64,000 nt of DNA from an uncultured bacterium (lineage in GTDB: Bacteria > Edwardsbacteria > AC1 > EtOH8). Below are positions 57,668 to 64,000 of the stretch, piece after piece; within the stretch, counting starts at the first letter, position 1; each line of letters starts with the position of its first letter. The notes under the pieces are model-generated. The model saw nothing but the letters and a program-made list of their open reading frames with translations. It was not told where the DNA came from and did no database searches. Both the position numbers and the translations under genes were made by a program. The DNA lies in NCBI GenBank assembly GCA_963780225.1, contig CAWAAX010000011.1, positions 64,001 through 128,000 on the forward strand, written 5' to 3'.

Positions 57668-58801
57668 TCAATCCAGCCTCTTTTTGAACATCAGCGCCGA
57701 AAACCCGAAGGTCAGCACCCCGAACACCGCCAAAAACAACAGCTGGGGCCACCAGGCCGCCGGGCCGGTCCCTTTAAGGAAGATGCTTCGCACGATCTCC
57801 AGAAAATAACGCAGCGGCACCAGGTAGGTGAAATACTGCATGGCCTGGGGCATGGAACTGATGGGGAACATGAACCCGGAAAGCAGCATGTTGGTGGCCA
57901 TGAAGAACTGGTTGATCATCATGGCCTGGGACTGGGTGTGGGAGACGGTGGAGACCAGCATCCCGATCCCCAGCACGGTGAAGATGAATACTATGGAGGC
58001 CCCGAACAGGTGGAACAGGCTGCCTTTGAGCATCACCCCGAACCACAGGGTGCCCAAAAGCATCACCAGCACCACGTCTATCAGCGCCATCAGGGCAAAG
58101 GGCAGGGTCTTGCCGGCGATCAGCTCCCAGGTGGTGATGGGGCTGACGATGATCTGCTCCATGGTGCCCTGCTCCTTTTCTCTGACGATGCCCAAAGCGG
58201 TCAGCATCGAGGTCATCTGGAACAGCACCATGCAGATCAGCCCCGGTATCATGTAGTAGACGCTCTTCAGCTCGGGGTTGAACCAGACCCGGGGCCGGGT
58301 GTCTATGGGCATCTCCAGGCTGCCGGTGGTACCGGCCCTGGAGAGCTGCTGCCTGATCAGGCGGAGGGACTCGTTGGCCAGGACCTTTTGCAGATAGCTT
58401 TGGGCGATGCTGGCCTCGCTGGAGTTGCTGCCGTCGATCATGATCTGGATGTTCCCGGTTCGCCCGGCGGTGACATCGGAGGCCAGCCCCGAAGGAAAGA
58501 CCACCGCCACCTTGACCCGGCCCTGGTCCAGGTATTGGTCGATGGACCTGAGGTCGGAGACCTCGGCCGCCTTGGTGAAATAGCCGGTGTTGGTCAGCCT
58601 GGCCGCCAGCTCCCGGGAATAGGCGCTCTTGTCCAGGTCGCACACCAGCAGTTTGATGTTTTTGACGTCGGTGGTGGTGACGTACCCGAACAGCAAGGTC
58701 TGGACGATGGGAATGATCAGGATCATCCGCAGGGTCATGGGATTGCGGAAGATCTGGATGAACTCCTTGCGGATCAGAAATTTTAGGCGGTGTTTGTTCA
58801 T
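57668..58801 (-). CDS. ABC-2 type permease (YbhR-like)
   Basis: IDGSNS, FNPEL.S..Y.IPG, REKEQGTMEQ, LSGF.FP. Confidence 0.93.
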   Translation of the reverse strand: MNKHRLKFLIRKEFIQIFRNPMTLRMILIIPIVQTLLFGYVTTTDVKNIKLLVCDLDKSAYSRELAARLTNTGYFTKAAEVSDLRSIDQYLDQGRVKVAVVFPSGLASDVTAGRTGNIQIMIDGSNSSEASIAQSYLQKVLANESLRLIRQQLSRAGTTGSLEMPIDTRPRVWFNPELKSVYYMIPGLICMVLFQMTSMLTALGIVREKEQGTMEQIIVSPITTWELIAGKTLPFALMALIDVVLVMLLGTLWFGVMLKGSLFHLFGASIVFIFTVLGIGMLVSTVSHTQSQAMMINQFFMATNMLLSGFMFPISSMPQAMQYFTYLVPLRYFLEIVRSIFLKGTGPAAWWPQLLFLAVFGVLTFGFSALMFKKRLD

Positions 58802-58812
58802 TTTACTTTTCT

Positions 58813-58903
58813 GCCACCAAGACACCAAGACACAAATGATTGCTATTCACTTTTTACAATTCACAATCTGTTTGACCTCTTGGTGCCTTTGTGTCTTAGT
58901 GGC
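58813..58903. mobile_element. MITE-like element, GCCACNAAGACAC family (copy 3)
   Basis: gccaccaagacaccaagacac ... gtgcctttgtgtcttagtggc. Confidence 0.7.
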
Positions 58904-58911
58904 TATATGGT

Positions 58912-60052
58912 TCAGTCCAAACTCTTCTTGAACTTCAGCGCGCTGAACACCAGTATCCCCGCCCCGAAGACGATCAGCGGCAGGGCCTGCCGCCACAGCA
59001 CCAGCGGCCCGATGCCCTTAAGGTAGATGCCCCGGATGATCACCAGAAAATAGCGGGTGGGCACCAGGTAGGTCAGCGGCTTGATCCAAGCCGGCATGCT
59101 CTCGATGGGAAAGGCGAAGCCCGAGAGCAGGATCCCCGGCAGCAGGGAGATCATCACCGCGGCGAACATGGCCTCCTGCAGTTTATTGGTAAGGTTGGAG
59201 ATCAGCACCCCCAGCCCCAGCACGCTGAACATGTAGACCACGCATGAAACGGCCAGCGCCGCCAGGCTGCCCTTGATGGGCACGTTGAACATCAGGTACC
59301 CCATCACCACGATGATGGCGATGGCCAGCAGCGACAGCAGCAGGTAGGGCAGGATCTTGCCCAGCATCAGCTCGAACCGGGTCAGGGGCGAGGAGATCAG
59401 CATCTCGATGGTGCCCCGCTCCTTCTCCTCCACAATGGTGAAGGCTGTCAGCAGGGCGCCCAGCATGATCATGATCACCCCGATGATCCCCGGCACCACG
59501 AAGTTGGCCGAGCGAAGTTCCGGGTTGTACCACACTCGGGGCTGGATGTTCAGCGGCTGAAGGTTGATGTTGGCCGGCAACCTGGTCTGTCCGCTTCTGC
59601 AGCAGTTTCTGGGAATAGCTTTGGCCGAAGGCGCTTAAGTACCCCATGGCGATGTTGGCAGTATTGGCGTCCGAGCCGTCTATCACCACCTGCACCGGCA
59701 CGCTTTGGCCCCGGGTCAGGCGGCGGGAGGCGCCGGGCCAGAACACCAGCCCCACCCGGGCCTGGCCCTTTTCCAGCTTCTGCTCCAGCTCGGCGTAGCT
59801 CATCACGTGGCCCTTGTAGCTGAAGGCCTCGTTCTTGATCAGGCTCTGGGTGTATTCCCGGGTGAAGGCCGAGCGGTCGTAGTCCAGCACCACCAGCGGC
59901 AGGTTCTTGACGTCGAACCGGATGCCGAAGCCGTACAACAGCATCATCATCACCGGAAAGGCCAGGGTCAGGAACAGGGTGCGCGGATCGCGCTGGATGT
60001 GGAGCAGTTCCTTGCGGAACACCCCGTATAGTCTGCGGTTGAGCAGTATCAT
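58912..60052 (-). CDS. ABC-2 type permease (YbhS-like; one frameshift near 59585)
   Basis: KELLHIQRD.RTL and DGSD.N.A, then YNPELRS..F.VPG and EKERGT.E in the next frame. Confidence 0.9.
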
Positions 60053-60220
60053 TGTTTTCTTTCTGTCATGCCGAGATTGCTTCTTGCCTTACTGTCTGAG
60101 GTATGGTCCTTGATTCATCCTTCGGCCTGCCATGCAAGACGCTATCCTCAGGCATGCACTGAGATGTCTTATATATACCTAACGAAGTGATGACACTGAG
60201 GCCTTGTCCTCCCGAGAATG

Positions 60221-61147
60221 CTATCCTGCCTTACTGGCTGAGGGACGGTCTATCAGCGCCACGAACACGTCCTCCAGCGAGGGCGTTATCTGTTCCAAAG
60301 TGTATTTCTGGCCGCCCAGCAAAGCCTTGATCCTGGGGGCCACGTCCGTTTCCGGCCGGCAGGAGATGTGCAGGGCGTTGCCGAACGGCGCCACCTGGCA
60401 GGCTTCCTTGACCAGGGAGATCTTTTCCATCATCTCCAGCGGCGGCGGGCCGTATAGTTGGTAGAGCTTCTGCTTGTAATCTTGTTTTAATTTTTCCGGC
60501 GTGTCCAGGGCCACTATTTTTCCGTTGTAGATGAAGGCCAGCCGCCCAGCGTACTCGGCCTCGTCCATGTAATGGGTGGTGACGAAGATGGTCATGCCCT
60601 CTGCTGCCAGATTCTGGATGATGCTCCAGAAACTGCGGCGGGCGGCCGGGTCCACCCCGGCGGTGGGTTCGTCCAGGAACAGCACCTTTGGCCCGTGCGA
60701 GATGGCGCAGGCCAGGGCCAGCCGCTGCCGATAGCCGCCCGGAAGGTCTCCGGCGATCCTGCCCTCCAGACCCGAAAGGCCCAATGAGCCAAAGACCTTC
60801 TGCCGCAGTTCGCCGATCTCCTCGGAAGTTTTTCCGTAGATGCCCGAAAAGAAGGTGAAATTCTCTTCCGCCGAAAGCTCGGAATACAGCGAGAACTTCT
60901 GCGACATGTAGCCGATGTTCTGCTTCACCAGCTCCGGGCTGGAAGTGATGTCGTGCCCGGCCACCGTGGCCCGGCCCTCGGTGGGGCTGATGATGCCGCA
61001 CAGCATCCGGATGGTGGTGGACTTGCCGGAGCCATTCGGGCCAAGGAAGCCGAAGATCTCCCCCGGCGCTACCGAGAACGAGACCCGGTCCACCGCGGTG
61101 AAGTCGCCGAAGCGCTTGGTGAGATTATTTACGTCTATGGAATACAT
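60221..61147 (-). CDS. ABC transporter ATP-binding protein
   Basis: GPNGSGKST, GYMSQKFSLY, LDEPTAGVDP, THYMDEAE. Start set at MYSIDV. Confidence 0.95.
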   Translation of the reverse strand: MYSIDVNNLTKRFGDFTAVDRVSFSVAPGEIFGFLGPNGSGKSTTIRMLCGIISPTEGRATVAGHDITSSPELVKQNIGYMSQKFSLYSELSAEENFTFFSGIYGKTSEEIGELRQKVFGSLGLSGLEGRIAGDLPGGYRQRLALACAISHGPKVLFLDEPTAGVDPAARRSFWSIIQNLAAEGMTIFVTTHYMDEAEYAGRLAFIYNGKIVALDTPEKLKQDYKQKLYQLYGPPPLEMMEKISLVKEACQVAPFGNALHISCRPETDVAPRIKALLGGQKYTLEQITPSLEDVFVALIDRPSASKAG

Positions 61148-61473
61148 TCTATATGCTGTCACCCTTCTAAGATGCTGGAGATGCCTTACTACTTTGCCTT
61201 GCACTGATGGAGATGCTGTACACGATTGCCCGGCAACGATTGAGATGCTAAACCATTCTGCCAAGCAACGTTCGATTGTTTGTTCCGCCACATTCCATCG
61301 TTGTTACTGCTTATATCATTGCTTCTCCATCGTTCCGACATCGCCCGACAATCTTGCCTGGCCGCTCAATCGTTGAATGACCCCTTGCCCGACTGCTCCA
61401 TCGTTGTTTTGCCTTTAGCCTTACCCCTCCGTCATTGCTCTGCCCGCTTGCTTCGCCGCTCCATCGTTCGAAG

Positions 61474-62384
61474 TTACATCAGCGACAGGAACACATCCTC
61501 TATGCTGGGCTCTATCTGCTTTTGGGAAAGAACCTTTATCCCGTTCTGCTTGAAAAGTGCGGCCATCCCGGCCAGTTCCTGCTCCGGTTTGTCCAAGTGG
61601 ACGTGGAGGTGCCCCCCGAACAGCCCGGCGTTCTTGACGGTCTGCGACTTGGCCAGAATATCATAACCTTTCTGCAGGTCGGAGATCTCCAGTTGATAGA
61701 CCTTGAAGCCCACCCCGGCCTTGATGTTCTCCGGCTTGTCGCACAATAAGTACCTGCCCCTTGTTCAAAAAAGCTATCCGGCTGCAGCGCTCGGCCTCGT
61801 CCATGTAGGGCGTGGCCAGGATTATGGTGACCCCCTGCTTCCAGATATCATAGAGCAGCTTCCAAAGCTCGCGCCGGGAGATGGGGTCCACTCCGGTGGT
61901 GGGCTCGTCCAGCAAAAGGAGTTTTGGGGTGTGGATCAACGCGCAGGACAAGGCCAGCTTCTGCTTCATTCCCCCGGAAAGTTTTCCCGCCAAGCCTGTC
62001 CTTAAAAGGACCGAGACGGGAAAAGGCCATCAGCTCCCCCATCCGTTTCTGCTTTTCCTCGCCGGTCACCTGGTACAGGTCGGCAAAGAAATCCAGGTTC
62101 TCGGCCACGGTCAGTTCCGGGTACAGCACGAAGCTCTGCGACATGTAGCCGATGTGGCGCCGGGCCCCTTCTGGGTCTTTGGCCGTATCCTGCCCGAATA
62201 TTTTGGCCGAGCCGGAGGACGGCCTGATCAGCGCCGCCAGCAGCTTGATGATGGTGGTCTTGCCCGCCCCGTCCGGCCCCACCAGCCCGAAGATCTCGCC
62301 TTCGGCTATGGACAGGTCCAGCGGCTTAAGGGCCTCCGCGCCTTTATAGCTTTTAGTAAGCTTATTTGTTTCTACTGCCAGCAT
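61474..62384 (-). CDS. ABC transporter ATP-binding protein (two frameshifts, near 61992 and 61745)
   Basis: GPDGAGKTT, then LSGGMKQKL and LDEPTTGVDP, then PSIEDVF across three frames. Confidence 0.9.
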
Positions 62385-62398
62385 TTACGATTTCTTTT

Positions 62399-62543
62399 TT
62401 GCCACTAAGACACCAAGGCACCAAATTATTCCAAATCAAAAATTGGGAATAGCATTGTGCTATTGTATCTTGATGGTAAATTTAGATTGTTTCAAGCTAA
62501 AATAGATTGAAAAAGGAATAGTGTCTTTGTGCCTTTGTGGCAA
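62399..62543. mobile_element. MITE-like element, GCCACNAAGACAC family (copy 4)
   Basis: ttgccactaagacaccaaggcac ... gtgtctttgtgcctttgtggcaa. Confidence 0.7.
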
Positions 62544-62553
62544 GGTTAAAGGA

Positions 62554-63421
62554 TCACTGAATGTCTATCGCCGCATCGGCCGGCATGCCCGGCTTCAGCT
62601 CGCCCTGCGGGTTCTGCAAGATTGATCTTGACCGCGAACACCAGTTTGGTCCGTTCCTCCTTGGTCTGGATGTCCTTGGGGGTGAACTCGGCCTGCCCGG
62701 CGATGGTGGACACCGTGCCCTCAAAGACCTTGCCGGGATATGAGTCCACCGAGACCTGCGCCTTCTGCCCCAGTTTGATCTTGCCGTATTCCTTCTCCGG
62801 CAGGTAGATCTTGATGTAGACCTTGGTGATGTCCCCCAGCTTGCAGACCGGCGTCCCGGGCAGGGCCAGCTCGCCCACCTCGATGTTCCGCTCCAGCATC
62901 ACGCCGCCGACCGGGGCCTGGATGTAGGCGTTGCCCACCTGGGTCCGGGCCAGCGAAAGCGCGGCCTGGGCCTGGGCCAGCATCCCCTTGCTGGCCGCCA
63001 ATTGCGACTGGGCGGCCTTCATCTGGTTCTCGATCTGGGAAAAGGACTGGATGGAGATGGTGCCCGACTGGAAAAGCGGCTGGTTGCGCCGGTAATTGTC
63101 CTCGGCCGTGCTGAAATTGGCCCCGGCCGCCGCCGCCTGGCTCTGGGCCGAGGACACCGCCGCCAGGGCCTGGCTTTCCTGGGCCGAAAGCTCGTCGTGG
63201 GCCAGCCGGGCCAGCATCCTGCCGGCCTCCACCTGCTGTCCTTCGTCGAACGGCATCTCCACCACCCGGCCGGTGACCTTGGAGCGCACCGTGACCTCGG
63301 TGACCTCGATGATCCCCGACCCGGTCAGCTTGTTCGGGTCCTTCCGGGAGCAGGAGACCGCCAACAGCATTGTCAGCGCCAGTATGGCCGTAAGTATTTC
63401 ATGGATGCGCTTGTTTATCAT
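62554..63421 (-). CDS. HlyD-family efflux periplasmic adaptor (YbhG-like; frameshift near 62620)
   Basis: Lipobox LAVSC, AEFTPK.IQT..ER; the canonical LKPGMPA ending is in the adjacent frame. Confidence 0.92.
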
Positions 63422-63509
63422 ATTCGCCTCATCATATATAGCTGTGTTAGTTTTGAATTTCCTTTGTCCATCAATGTCCAATGTCCTTGTCGGCCCCCCC
63501 CAGCCAGCC

Positions 63510-64000
63510 CTACTTGAAATCCTTTTTGAACCTGGCCCGGCCCTTCTCGGTCATGGCCCCGGCAAAGACCAGTTCCACTATGGCCTTCATCAGTTGGCCC
63601 GGGCTGTAGTCCGAATGCGCCAGGGCCTGGGGATTGATCATCTGCTGGACCAGCACCGCGTACATCTGCATCACCAGGTCGGGATCCACCTCCGGACGGA
63701 TCAACCCGGCTCGGATGCCTTTTCTGACCAGCAACCCAAAGTTGTGGTAGATCTTTTTCCGGCGGAACTCGTTGATCTCCTCCCACATCTCGGGGGCGCT
63801 CTTCTGCAGGTCCAGCATGAATTCCCGGCTGATCTTGGAGGTCCGCCGGGAGATGTGCTCCACCAGCCCGGCTAACCGCTGGAAATAATCCAGCTTGGGA
63901 TCTTCTGTCAGGGACTTGATGACGCCCTCGCTCTCGGCCATCAGGCGGGATATAATGGCGTAAAGTAGCTGGTGCTTGCTGGCGAAATGCTGGTACAGGG
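63510..64000 (-). CDS. TetR/AcrR family regulator, 5'-partial
   Basis: LYQHFASKHQL at the window edge; heads the efflux operon. Confidence 0.85.
   Translation of the reverse strand, partial: LYQHFASKHQLLYAIISRLMAESEGVIKSLTEDPKLDYFQRLAGLVEHISRRTSKISREFMLDLQKSAPEMWEEINEFRRKKIYHNFGLLVRKGIRAGLIRPEVDPDLVMQMYAVLVQQMINPQALAHSDYSPGQLMKAIVELVFAGAMTEKGRARFKKDFK

Noticed and set aside
61148..61291. N-terminal extension of the ABC ATPase given in the ORF track
   Set aside because: Lies in a repeat tract; the ATPase domain begins at MYSIDV
1..64000. CRISPR array, rRNA, integrase, transposase, reverse transcriptase
   Set aside because: No regularly spaced repeats with unique spacers and no such genes seen

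Overview
Mostly GC-rich bacterial chromosome, probably from an uncultured diderm lineage (lpxK, outer-membrane barrels; an FCB/TA06-like origin is only an impression). It is largely housekeeping: dacB, tRNA-Ala(GGC), nadA, lpxK, a sigma-54 activator, tkt, two paralogous outer-membrane proteins followed by an SLBB gene and wzc, arfB, an NSS transporter with an unannotated 31-aa partner, vapBC, then ribF-truB-dxs-PAP2-polyprenyl synthase-xseB-xseA, folD, ymdB-rny-6S RNA-zapA-zapB, pheT-(nitronate monooxygenase-like)-pheS, rplT-rpmI-infC with an L20 leader, and a TetR-HlyD-ABC efflux operon. The most unusual part is a mostly AT-rich island (about 52.4-57.5 kb). It encodes an Xre repressor and IrrE/ImmA metallopeptidase with a perfect operator over the promoter, a PadR regulator, a PD-(D/E)XK nuclease-like protein, a protein that appears to fuse a caspase/CHAT-type (clan CD) His-Cys peptidase to two retropepsin domains, a membrane-anchored TPR protein, and an HNH-like protein. 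This is a candidate protease-controlled defence or stress system (inference). Intergenic DNA carries several families of small palindromic elements, some nested and some in frame inside lpxK. At least nine single-base frameshifts, including one in essential pheT, point to sequencing or assembly indels rather than real pseudogenes. All calls come from motif reading; no searches were run.
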